The position numbers and the translations under genes were made by a program. Below the pieces are notes generated by a model. That model did no database searches and was not told the origin of the DNA. It was given only the letters and a program-made list of their open reading frames with translations. Below, piece by piece: positions 21,602 through 30,941 of a stretch of DNA of 64,000 nucleotides (position 1 is the stretch's first letter; every line of letters starts with the position of its first letter). The stretch covers positions 111,500 to 175,499 of the forward strand of contig JAEWMB010000036.1 of assembly GCA_023457255.1 (NCBI GenBank), read 5' to 3'. Source of the DNA: Bacillota bacterium (GTDB taxonomy: Bacteria > Bacillota > Clostridia > Lachnospirales > Lachnospiraceae).

Positions 21602-22432
21602 ATGGAACTTAGAACAGCAGCATCTCCAAAGGATGTAAAACATTACACAACAGATCGTCTTCGTGAAGAATTTTTGATTGATGATTTATTCAAGGCGGAT
21701 GATATTAAGCTTGTTTACAGCCACATTGACCGTATTATAACAGGTTCTGCCGTACCGGTGAGTCAGGAATTAAAGTTAACTGCAGGGGATGAATTGCGTG
21801 CAGAGTATTTTCTTCAAAGAAGAGAGATGGGAATCATTAACATTGGCGGAAAAGGAACTGTTACAATCGATGGAACTGTATATGAATTAGAGTATAAAGA
21901 CGGTATGTATATCGGTATGGGAGCAAGAGATATTTCTTTTGCAAGCGTGGATGCTGCAAATCCGGCAAAATTCTATATCAACAGTGCTCCGGCACATACT
22001 TCTTATCCTACCGTATTAATTAAACCGGAAAACTGTGTGAAGGTGGAACTCGGGTCTTTAGAAGGTTCCAATCATCGTGTTATCTGTAAATACATTCTTC
22101 CGGGCCAGGTAGAGAGCTGTCAGCTTGTAATGGGTATGACACAGTTAAAACCGGGCAGTGTATGGAATACAATGCCATGCCATACTCATGATCGTAGAAT
22201 GGAAGTTTATTTGTACTTTGATATGCAGGAAAATGATCTGGTGTTCCATTACATGGGTGAGCCAGCAGAAACAAGACATATCATTATGAGAAACGAACAA
22301 GCTGTCATTTCTCCAAGCTGGTCCATCCATTCGGGCTGCGGAACAAAGGCATATACCTTTATCTGGGGTATGGTAGGAGAGAATCAGGACTTTGATGATA
22401 TGGATGCCTGTGATATTAAGGATTTAAGATAA
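21602..22432 (+). CDS. kduI: 4-deoxy-L-threo-5-hexosulose-uronate ketol-isomerase
   Basis: YSHIDR, WNTMPCHTHDRRMEVY, SPSWSIHSG and GENQDFDDMD motifs. Confidence 0.97.
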   Translation: MELRTAASPKDVKHYTTDRLREEFLIDDLFKADDIKLVYSHIDRIITGSAVPVSQELKLTAGDELRAEYFLQRREMGIINIGGKGTVTIDGTVYELEYKDGMYIGMGARDISFASVDAANPAKFYINSAPAHTSYPTVLIKPENCVKVELGSLEGSNHRVICKYILPGQVESCQLVMGMTQLKPGSVWNTMPCHTHDRRMEVYLYFDMQENDLVFHYMGEPAETRHIIMRNEQAVISPSWSIHSGCGTKAYTFIWGMVGENQDFDDMDACDIKDLR

Positions 22433-22454
22433 GACGGATGTAATATTGTTTTGT

Positions 22455-22499
22455 AACGCCTGCGGTTCTAGGCAGTTGTCTAAATCGCAGGCGTTTTTT
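22455..22499 (+). terminator. Rho-independent terminator after kduI
   Basis: AACGCCTGCG/CGCAGGCGTT stem plus T run. Confidence 0.85.
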
Positions 22500-22555
22500 A
22501 GAAAAGTTTACATGGTCGAATCCAAAGACAATTTGAATGAAACATGCTAAGGTTT

Positions 22556-22735
22556 CAAAATCATGTTTTAATAATCAGATTAGCGGTGCAAAGTCTGCAC
22601 CTTTTATCAGAAGTTAAAAGGCAGCTTCTGATCAGTTATATTATTGAAACAAAATCATGTTTCAATAATCAGATTAGCGGTGCAAAGTCTGCACCTTTTA
22701 TCAGAAGTTAAAAGGCAACTTCTGATAAGTTATAT
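22556..22735. repeat. Tandem duplication with a 94-bp period (~86-bp unit), hairpin-rich
   Basis: 22556-22641 and 22650-22735 differ at 3 positions; internal inverted repeats GGTGCA/TGCACC and TTATCAGAAGTT/AACTTCTGATAA. Confidence 0.95.
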
Positions 22736-22819
22736 ACTATACATTATTAATCTTCATAGTAACTGGGGACGAAGCAGATTCATTCTTAGTTATAAAAGGG
22801 AAAGGTACCGGTAACACAT

Positions 22820-23707
22820 ATGAATTTGGATCAATTCTTTCAGGATTATTTAGCGGAATTTCAAAGTGAGATGGCATGTCTTAAGGGTTATGAGACAAGC
22901 CTGTTCCTTAAAGGCTGTATGAGTATGTATCAAAAATCAAAGGAAGAGTGCTATCTTGAGATTTTAAAGACTTATGCAAAACAGCGTATTACAGAAGAGG
23001 GGGCCCTAAAGGATAGTTTTAAAAACGAGGAAATATTAGAAAATTATCATTTCGGAATACTTCTTTTCTTTTTATATCATCAAACAGATGAAGTTTGTTA
23101 TGACAAGGCATTAAGGGAGCTTGGCAGTGCATTTTCTTTAAAATATGACGGAAAAAATCCTATGTTTTTGAAGGAAGAGAGTAGTATATCTAAAATCTAT
23201 ATGGTTCAGCCTTTTTATACGCTCTATGATACCATATATAATAAGAAGGAACACTATCTTGAGATTATGGAACAATTTCATCTCATCAATCAGTTCCCAA
23301 ATGAGAGTAAAAAAGCTGCTTTCTACGTAGATTGCTTTTCTGGAATGTCAGAGGAGATTTATGAGCATTATGCTGCATTATTAAATCTTACAAAAGTTAC
23401 GATTAAAGATATGCTTGCAAATGCCAAAGGGCAAAAGTTATTATTGGATCATAATGATTTCGATGGCAGTGAAGCCATCGAAAGTACTATCTTTGCCTCC
23501 TATGCAATATTGAAAGCATGTCATTATAAAATATTACTATCGGAGAAATATGAAGCGACAGGGGCATACCTATTTCATGCAGCAATGGAGAAATTTGTTT
23601 CTCATCAGAAACAGAATGTAGTAAAGTCAGGACAAGTATTTTTGGACAAGATAAAAATGATAGGCATCTTTATGATGGCGTATTCGTATCTGCCAAACAA
23701 TTTTTAA
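22820..23707 (+). CDS. GH105 (YteR-like) unsaturated uronyl hydrolase homolog, catalytic motifs degenerate
   Basis: Retains YMVQPFY, SYAILKA, SEKY and GIFMMAY; lacks the WLDGLYM Asp and the HG...WxRxxGW region; only 295 aa. Confidence 0.7.
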   Translation: MNLDQFFQDYLAEFQSEMACLKGYETSLFLKGCMSMYQKSKEECYLEILKTYAKQRITEEGALKDSFKNEEILENYHFGILLFFLYHQTDEVCYDKALRELGSAFSLKYDGKNPMFLKEESSISKIYMVQPFYTLYDTIYNKKEHYLEIMEQFHLINQFPNESKKAAFYVDCFSGMSEEIYEHYAALLNLTKVTIKDMLANAKGQKLLLDHNDFDGSEAIESTIFASYAILKACHYKILLSEKYEATGAYLFHAAMEKFVSHQKQNVVKSGQVFLDKIKMIGIFMMAYSYLPNNF

Positions 23708-23825
23708 ATTATTTCATATTGGCGCACATAGGTGTTGTCGTTATAAAAAGGTACTAAAGCACTGGAATTAAGGGTTGGATATCCTGATTTAGATGCGTGC
23801 AAATGCACGCAGATAGGAGTTTAGA

Positions 23826-25382
23826 ATGAAGTTTAATGTGATATTAAAGACTGCCAGAACGGCGGTAATTGAATTAATAGGACAAGGATTTTATGATACA
23901 AATCAAGAATACGAAATCTATGTAAATAATGTATTATATGCAAAAAGCAGTAAAGTAGTACAATCGATTCATAACCTAAAACCTGATACCGAGTATAAGA
24001 TCTGCGTGAAAAACAGTACGGGAGCTTCCGAAGCAATTACTATTAAAACAGACTATGAATTCGTTACACTTAATGTAAAAGAGTTTGGTGCCAAAGGTGA
24101 TGGAATTCATGATGATACCACAATGATACAATGTGCTATTAATTCTTGTCCAAAGGATGGAAGAGTATTAATCCCGGAAGGCTGCTATAAGATTTCTACT
24201 TTATTTTTAAAAAGTGATTTACGATTAGAATTAGCAAAAGGCGCAGTATTATCTGCATTCACAGATCGTTCCAAATTCCCTGTCCTTCCCGGAAGAATTG
24301 AAAGTTACGATGAGACAGGGGAGTATAATTTAGGAAGTTGGGAGGGCAATCCCTTGGACTCATTTGCCGGCATTATTACCGGAATTAATGTATCAAATGT
24401 AGAGATCACCGGGGAAGGTACCATTGACGGATGTGCCGATATTACCAACTGGTGGGATAATCCCAAAGTCAGAAATATCGCCTGGAGACCAAGACTAATC
24501 TTCTTAAATCATTGTAATCACGTAACAATGCAGGGTATTACAGTAAAGAATAGTCCATCCTGGAATATACATCCTTATTTTTCAGATGATCTTAAATTTG
24601 TAGACCTTACCATCTTAAATCCGAAAGACTCTCCAAATACAGATGGACTCGACCCGGAGTCCTGCAAAAACGTATTAATTGTCGGAGTATATTTCTCCTT
24701 AGGAGATGACTGTATTGCAATTAAATCCGGTAAAATCTACATGGGAGCAAAGCACAAGCGTCCTTCTGAAAATTTAGAAATTCGTCAGTGCTGTATGAGA
24801 GACGGACATGGTTCTATCACAATCGGCAGTGAGATGGCAGGAGGGGTAAAAAACCTAACGGTTCGTGAATGTCTTTTTATTGATACGGATAGAGGACTTC
24901 GTATTAAGACTAGACGCGGCCGCGGTAAAGATGCTATTATTGATGGCATTTTATTCGAAAATATCAGTATGGATCATGTTATGACTCCGGTAGTAATTAA
25001 CTGTTTTTATTTCTGTGATCCGGATGGTCATTCTGAATATGTTCAGAGTAAAAGTCCATATGAGGTGGATGAAAGAACCCCATATATCGGTGAACTTACC
25101 TTCCGAAATTTAGAATGCACAAATTGTCACGCCGCAGCTTCCTATATGTATGGACTTCCGGAACAAAAAATAGAAAAGGTAACCTTTGAGAACGTTAAGA
25201 TATCTTTTGCCGATAATCCTGTAAAATCAGTTCCGGCAATGATGGATGGTGCAGATGAGACAAGTTTACTCGGTTTATTTGCGAACAATTTAAAGACCTT
25301 AGAATTAAAGAATGTTACAGTAGAGGGTTGCAAGGGTGAAAAGTTCTTATTAAGAAGCATCGATAACTTAGTGCAGGAGTAA
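23826..25382 (+). CDS. GH28 polygalacturonase with an N-terminal Fn3-like domain, no signal peptide
   Basis: SPNTDG, GDDCIAIKSG, GHG and RIKT catalytic motifs. Confidence 0.95.
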   Translation: MKFNVILKTARTAVIELIGQGFYDTNQEYEIYVNNVLYAKSSKVVQSIHNLKPDTEYKICVKNSTGASEAITIKTDYEFVTLNVKEFGAKGDGIHDDTTMIQCAINSCPKDGRVLIPEGCYKISTLFLKSDLRLELAKGAVLSAFTDRSKFPVLPGRIESYDETGEYNLGSWEGNPLDSFAGIITGINVSNVEITGEGTIDGCADITNWWDNPKVRNIAWRPRLIFLNHCNHVTMQGITVKNSPSWNIHPYFSDDLKFVDLTILNPKDSPNTDGLDPESCKNVLIVGVYFSLGDDCIAIKSGKIYMGAKHKRPSENLEIRQCCMRDGHGSITIGSEMAGGVKNLTVRECLFIDTDRGLRIKTRRGRGKDAIIDGILFENISMDHVMTPVVINCFYFCDPDGHSEYVQSKSPYEVDERTPYIGELTFRNLECTNCHAAASYMYGLPEQKIEKVTFENVKISFADNPVKSVPAMMDGADETSLLGLFANNLKTLELKNVTVEGCKGEKFLLRSIDNLVQE

Positions 25383-25549
25383 TGAGCAAGAGCTATCACT
25401 TATAAATGCTTGATGTTTTGCTTCTGCGCAAAGAGATACATCTCTCCTGCGTCGTGAATCTGATATTGAAACATGGTTTTTTGTATCAATCAATCATAGC
25501 TTATAAGAAATTGCGCAGCACTCCTAGATATCGAGGCTGCAAGTCTTAA

Positions 25550-25609
25550 AAAAAGCTTTTTGTCATTCAACGGTCCGATTAAAACGGAAGAAATGACAAA
25601 AAGCTTTTT
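25550..25609. terminator. Bidirectional terminator between GH28 and CE12
   Basis: AAAAAGCTTTTTGTCATT/AATGACAAAAAGCTTTTT. Confidence 0.8.
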
Positions 25610-25659
25610 ATAACTACAGATATTATGAAAGATATGGTTTTCGCTTCATGAGATATAGT

Positions 25660-26379
25660 TTAATCAACTAATAAGGAAGCATCCTCTTTCTCACCTTCTC
25701 TTGGAAGTAAAAGATCGGCATACATACCGCCAAGTTTTCGTAATTCTTCTGCAATAATTCCGGCGAAGGTTACAGCTCCATCGTATTTAAGGTGTGTATT
25801 ATCGGTCTTTCCTTCCGGATAATTCGGATACTCTAACGGTTCTAAATGCATAAACCATTTTTTTGACTTTTCCTCGCCGGTTTTTTGTATCAATTCTTTG
25901 CTGATTGTGCATAGATCAATTACAGGTACATGAAGTTCTTTCCCAAGTGCAAGTATTGCATCTGGATAATCGAGATGGGTATATTCTACTAACCGGCCAT
26001 CTTCCTCAAAGAGCCGCCGATATAATGGTGTAATAAGGACCGGATGTGCCTTGTGATCAGTTGCAGTCTTAATGTATTGCCTTAAGTTTTCCTGAAATGT
26101 AGTAAAGGGTTCCGTATGGCGTTCTTCCTCAGGTTTCTCATCATTGTGTCCAAACTGAATCAGTAAAAAATCATTTTCTTTTATTAACTTTTCCATCATT
26201 TGCAAACGGCCTTCTGCAATAAAACTTTTGGTACTGCGTCCGTTCTGTGCAAAATTTCTAATATGGACCTCTTTTTTTAAGAAGAGGGGAAGCCCTTGAC
26301 CAATTCCAGTCTGTGGGAAACTAGTGAAGTCATTTTGTTTTACTGTGGAGTCACCAGCCCAGAATATTGTGTGATTCAT
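25660..26379 (-). CDS. Rhamnogalacturonan/pectin acetylesterase (CE12, SGNH)
   Basis: AGDST, GRSTKSF, QFGHND and DNTH motifs. Confidence 0.92.
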   Translation of the reverse strand: MNHTIFWAGDSTVKQNDFTSFPQTGIGQGLPLFLKKEVHIRNFAQNGRSTKSFIAEGRLQMMEKLIKENDFLLIQFGHNDEKPEEERHTEPFTTFQENLRQYIKTATDHKAHPVLITPLYRRLFEEDGRLVEYTHLDYPDAILALGKELHVPVIDLCTISKELIQKTGEEKSKKWFMHLEPLEYPNYPEGKTDNTHLKYDGAVTFAGIIAEELRKLGGMYADLLLPREGEKEDASLLVD

Positions 26380-26449
26380 AAGAATCCTCCTTATATTTAT
26401 TTCTTGAGTTAGAAAGAAAATTAAAACATGATTCCAAAATCTATGTTTT

Positions 26450-28738
26450 CTAGATATCGTGAGTCATTGTGTCACGTATTGTCTTAGGTGCAACTCCATG
26501 AACTTTTTTAAATGCCCTTCGAAAGGAGTTTGCATTGTTATAACCGGTTTCCAGATACAGGTCGCTGACACTGATATCGGTGGTCTTTAATAAGTGCATT
26601 GCTTGTGCCATACGGATGATCTCAAGATATTCAGAAAAGTTTTGTTTGGTTTCTGCTTTAAATAAATAGGAGAAATAACTTTCTGAGATATTAAACTCAT
26701 CCGAAATCTTCTTAAGGCTTAAGGAGGAATCCTTGTAATTCTCCTTGATGTATTCCTTAATCGTATGAATCAGCTTATTCCCATCGGCTTTTGGTTCAAA
26801 CAAGTTGCATAAACGCAGTGCAATATCTTCTAAAACAGAAATTGTCTTATTTTCCTGAAAGGCCAAGTCGATGGATTCTATTACTTCATGGTTTACATCC
26901 GAAACACCAATTTGAAAACGAACCTTTAATAAAGTGTTTCTTATATCTGAAAATAGCCACTTCACAACAGTGATAGGAAGTGATCTGCATTCGAAGTTTT
27001 CCCATCGAATCAGATTGAAGAGCTCCTGAACTTGTTTTGTGTTACCGGAAGTGATAAAGTTAGATAGTTGCTGAGCCATCTCAAAAGGATAGTAATAAGA
27101 TGTTTTATCAGGCTTAATTTGATAATAGCTTTGGAATACATTTCCTTCACGGACAAAGGAAGCAGCTTGTATTGCTTGCTGGTAAGACTTCCAGAAATAT
27201 GGAGGATAACAATTGCGCTTACCAAGTCCCCCATAAATCCAAATGGAGTATTTTTCCATTAAGCTATCATGCAATTCCAGAAAAGAGCTCTCAATATTGG
27301 CGATGTTTTCATCGAGTGGTTCCTCCATTGGCGATGGAATCATGATAGCAAAGGAATTAACATCAGCTTCATAGATTAAAATATCATCACCAAAGTACTC
27401 ATAAAAATATGTTCGGATTAACTCTTTATAATTCTTTTGTATCAGTTCCGAGTCGGAATTATTTGCCGGTTCTTCTAAATAAAACTCTAATTGATCTTGA
27501 TAGATGCAAGCATAAAGGATGCTGTACTGGTTCTCTTTCGTATCTAAACCTAAGAAATTAGAAATTCTATTATATTCTTCCTGGTTTGAGATAAGCCCTC
27601 TCATTAATCTTGCTATATAAGAGTTGTAAATGATAGGCTTTTGCTCCTCTAGTTCTTGTTTTAGATTCCTTTTCTCATTTAGTGAATCCTGTAATTCCGT
27701 ATCTATTTGAATAATTGGTTTAACATTTCTCTTTGATAAGATGAAAATCATGATTAAGCAGAAAAGAAGTGTTAATATAATAATGAAGACATAAGTATTC
27801 TGATAAGAGCCTAGATCGTGAAAGACAAGATCGGCAGGCTGAACCAAATAATACCTCCATTGGTTTACATTAGAGACAGAGGCAGTTACAACAACCGATT
27901 CTTTTCCTAATTCTAATTCCATATAATCTTGCTCCGGGTCTTTTTCCATAGAAGTAATAATATGGCTTAATATGCTATCTGTTAATTCCGGACTACGGTC
28001 TGCGGTGATACGAAAAACTTCCTTATTATCAGTATCGGTTACATATAGAAATCCGGTTCGAAAGAAATCAAGATTTGAAAAGATATTATTCAATCGATTC
28101 CGATTAATTTCAAAACAAACAACACCTAACGGTTTGTTTGTTAATAACGCTGTCTGTACCGGAACCTTATATAAATAGGAAGAATAACCATTTTTTCCAT
28201 AGTTTGAATTCGGTAAAAACTGATAAGAATTATTATAAGAAGAAAGCATTGTCTTCCAGGAATCATAGTAGTCTAAGTCATATGCTTTATAATGCTGATA
28301 ATAATACTTCGTATCTGTTAGCATACTGGAGGACATTAAATAGTCGATTTTTGGAAGATAAATATAATATTCATCTAAAGGCAATGTAATTTCTAACGGA
28401 ATAAAGTCGGTTAAGAAACTCATAGCCTCTTTTGCATTATGATAGAAATCCATAGCCCTGGTATCATAACGAAGAACCTTCCTTATATTAGAATCATTTG
28501 CAATCTGGGTAGAAAGCGTAGACAAAAGCAATAAAGAAGTATCCAAATCTGATACCGAATTATCCAAAACTGCTTTGTTCTGTTTATGAAGATTATTTGT
28601 TGCATCGGTAATTCCATATTGATACAAAAACATGCCCATAATAAGAACAAATATCAGCAATATGCTGTAAGAGGTTACAAATCGCATCAAGAATCTTTTG
28701 TTTTTATTTGTATTATTTTTTTTAAAGTTAATTTTCAT
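26450..28738 (-). CDS. Membrane-anchored AraC-family regulator with extracellular sensor (YesS-like)
   Basis: Two TM helices flanking a sensor region; C-terminal AraC HTH (SESYFSYLFK...GYNNANSFRRAFKK). Start chosen from a GAAGGA RBS; the ORF is open to 28774. Confidence 0.9.
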   Translation of the reverse strand: MKINFKKNNTNKNKRFLMRFVTSYSILLIFVLIMGMFLYQYGITDATNNLHKQNKAVLDNSVSDLDTSLLLLSTLSTQIANDSNIRKVLRYDTRAMDFYHNAKEAMSFLTDFIPLEITLPLDEYYIYLPKIDYLMSSSMLTDTKYYYQHYKAYDLDYYDSWKTMLSSYNNSYQFLPNSNYGKNGYSSYLYKVPVQTALLTNKPLGVVCFEINRNRLNNIFSNLDFFRTGFLYVTDTDNKEVFRITADRSPELTDSILSHIITSMEKDPEQDYMELELGKESVVVTASVSNVNQWRYYLVQPADLVFHDLGSYQNTYVFIIILTLLFCLIMIFILSKRNVKPIIQIDTELQDSLNEKRNLKQELEEQKPIIYNSYIARLMRGLISNQEEYNRISNFLGLDTKENQYSILYACIYQDQLEFYLEEPANNSDSELIQKNYKELIRTYFYEYFGDDILIYEADVNSFAIMIPSPMEEPLDENIANIESSFLELHDSLMEKYSIWIYGGLGKRNCYPPYFWKSYQQAIQAASFVREGNVFQSYYQIKPDKTSYYYPFEMAQQLSNFITSGNTKQVQELFNLIRWENFECRSLPITVVKWLFSDIRNTLLKVRFQIGVSDVNHEVIESIDLAFQENKTISVLEDIALRLCNLFEPKADGNKLIHTIKEYIKENYKDSSLSLKKISDEFNISESYFSYLFKAETKQNFSEYLEIIRMAQAMHLLKTTDISVSDLYLETGYNNANSFRRAFKKVHGVAPKTIRDTMTHDI

Positions 28739-28850
28739 TTGATATTCCTTCTTACTATTAGTAAAAGCAGACAAAACATTGCGTAAAAATTATATCAAAG
28801 TGGTGCATTATTTGCAAGCAATATAAGCAAAATTTTAGTTTGGGAAAAAT

Positions 28851-28864
28851 TGAAAGCGCATACA
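28851..28864. promoter_or_regulatory. cre/LacI-type site between araC and the ABC operon
   Basis: TGAAAGCGCATACA, similar to the operators at 16585 and 16769. Confidence 0.55.
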
Positions 28865-29168
28865 AGTATAAAAAAATTGCATACCAATCTCTAAAAAGCT
28901 AGTAAAATCAAGGGTTTAGAAGGAATCATAAAAATTGCACAGTAATAATAAATATTGCTTCTTGTTAAAAAAGTACAAAGCATGTTACTATGTACTTGTC
29001 AAATCGGACAAAACTAAACAACTGGTTTTCAAAATCCAACAATAGTTTTAGCCGGACTGACAAGAAGTATAAAAGTTTGTGGTGAGGTTACATAATTTTA
29101 ATGAAAACTACAAATTTTATATACTATCTACAATATTATAATTGATTCAATAAAAGGAGGGTATTTCG

Positions 29169-30767
29169 ATGAGGAAATCTACACAGAAATTCTTATCACT
29201 TGGTTTAAGTCTTGCTCTTGTATTCAGCTTAACAGCTTGTGGAAGCAAAGGTAAAGACGAAGGACCAAAGACAGAGCCAACAACAGCTCCAACACAGGGT
29301 GCTGACAACAGCAATCCTACAGCTACTCCAGAAGCTTCCGCTCCTGAAGTAGAGAAGCCATCTGTAATCTCAGTAATGGTTGATGGTACTGTATTTACAG
29401 AGCCTAATGGACGTGCTCAGTTAGAAACAGCACTGGAAGCTGAACTTGGTCTTGACGTTCAGTTCACACAGCCGGATCACTCTGGTTACTATGATGCTGT
29501 AGGTCTTACATTTGCAGGAAGCAACTGGCCGGATGTTGTTATCTTAGGCGGTTCTTACTATACTAATTATGCAAGTGCTGGTCTTTTAGCTGATATCACA
29601 GAGTACTGGGATAATTCTGAATTAAAGGCTTCTGGTAGAGTAACCAATGTAGAAGCTGTAGAAGCAATCAAGGTTGATGGAAAGCTTTATGGCTTTACTC
29701 CAGCAAGAGGTAACGGATGTGTTACTTATGTTAAAAAAGCTTGGTTAGATAAAGCTGGTTTATCTGTTCCTACTAACTACGCTGAATACCTTAACATGTT
29801 AAAGGTATTTACAGAATCTGATATGAACGACAGCGGTGACCCAAGTAACACTTATGCAGTTTCTGCAGCTGGTCTTATCGGAAATGAAGCTCCATATATA
29901 AACTATTTACCAGAGTTCTATCAGGATGCTTATCCAGATTTTATGCAGCAAGACGGTAAATGGATTGATGGTTTCTCCACAGACGCTATGAAAGCAGCTC
30001 TTCAGAGATTAAAAGATGCTTATTCTGCTGGTTATATTGATAAAGAAACAATCACGAATGGTACAAAAGACTGCCGTACAAAGTTCTTTGATGATAAGTT
30101 TGGTGTATTCACTTATTGGGCTGGTACATGGGCATATAATTTAAAGAACAACCTTGAAAGCAATGGTAAGGATGGCGAATTAGTTGTTCTTCCTCCAATT
30201 GCTGAAATGGGTGCTTATGTTGAGAGACAGGCTCCAGCTTGGTGTATTACTGCTAAGGCTGAAAACCCTGCTGGTATCTTCAAATATTTCCTTGAGCCAA
30301 TGTTAGATGGCGGTGCTGTTCAGACACTTTGGACTTATGGTGTTAAGGGCGTTCACTGGGATGATAAGGCTGAAACAATTAAGTTAACTGAGGATAAAGA
30401 GCTTACCTTTACAGAAGGCCAGTTCCACTTCTTACCTTCTTTAGAGAAGCCAGACACCTTATTAACTAAGGGTCATATTGATCCAATGTTAAGCTTTGCA
30501 ACATTCGTAAACAACGCTGACCCTGGTATTGCTTCTGTCAATGAAGTTGCTAAGGCTTCTGCTGATAAGTTCAATGATTGGGCTGTTCCAGCTAAAATGG
30601 TAGTAAGTAATGATACTATTAATGAGTACAATGCAGACCTTTGGGATCTTCGTACTCAGATTGTAACTAAGGTTGTAACTGGCAATATGAGCGTTGAGGA
30701 AGGTATAAATGAATACACAAGTCAATCCGCTGATATGGTACAGGAAATTTTAGATTCTTTAAACTAA
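29169..30767 (+). CDS. Carbohydrate ABC transporter substrate-binding lipoprotein
   Basis: Lipobox LTAC, P/T-rich linker, family 1 SBP features. Confidence 0.93.
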   Translation: MRKSTQKFLSLGLSLALVFSLTACGSKGKDEGPKTEPTTAPTQGADNSNPTATPEASAPEVEKPSVISVMVDGTVFTEPNGRAQLETALEAELGLDVQFTQPDHSGYYDAVGLTFAGSNWPDVVILGGSYYTNYASAGLLADITEYWDNSELKASGRVTNVEAVEAIKVDGKLYGFTPARGNGCVTYVKKAWLDKAGLSVPTNYAEYLNMLKVFTESDMNDSGDPSNTYAVSAAGLIGNEAPYINYLPEFYQDAYPDFMQQDGKWIDGFSTDAMKAALQRLKDAYSAGYIDKETITNGTKDCRTKFFDDKFGVFTYWAGTWAYNLKNNLESNGKDGELVVLPPIAEMGAYVERQAPAWCITAKAENPAGIFKYFLEPMLDGGAVQTLWTYGVKGVHWDDKAETIKLTEDKELTFTEGQFHFLPSLEKPDTLLTKGHIDPMLSFATFVNNADPGIASVNEVAKASADKFNDWAVPAKMVVSNDTINEYNADLWDLRTQIVTKVVTGNMSVEEGINEYTSQSADMVQEILDSLN

Positions 30768-30941
30768 TAACTGTTGCAAACAACGATTGATAGGTTGAGA
30801 CCGGCAGAGTAATGTTGGAGTCAACAGACTAATGTTGTTAGTTAATAAAGAGGGGTATGAACGTAAGATAAGGTTCAGCCCCTCCTTATCACGAGAGATG
30901 CTCGTGAGAGGAAATTCTAATTTATGAAAGGAAGTGCTTCG

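Noticed and set aside
22556..22735. CRISPR array
   Set aside because: Only two ~86-bp units with no unique spacers, and no cas genes in the window
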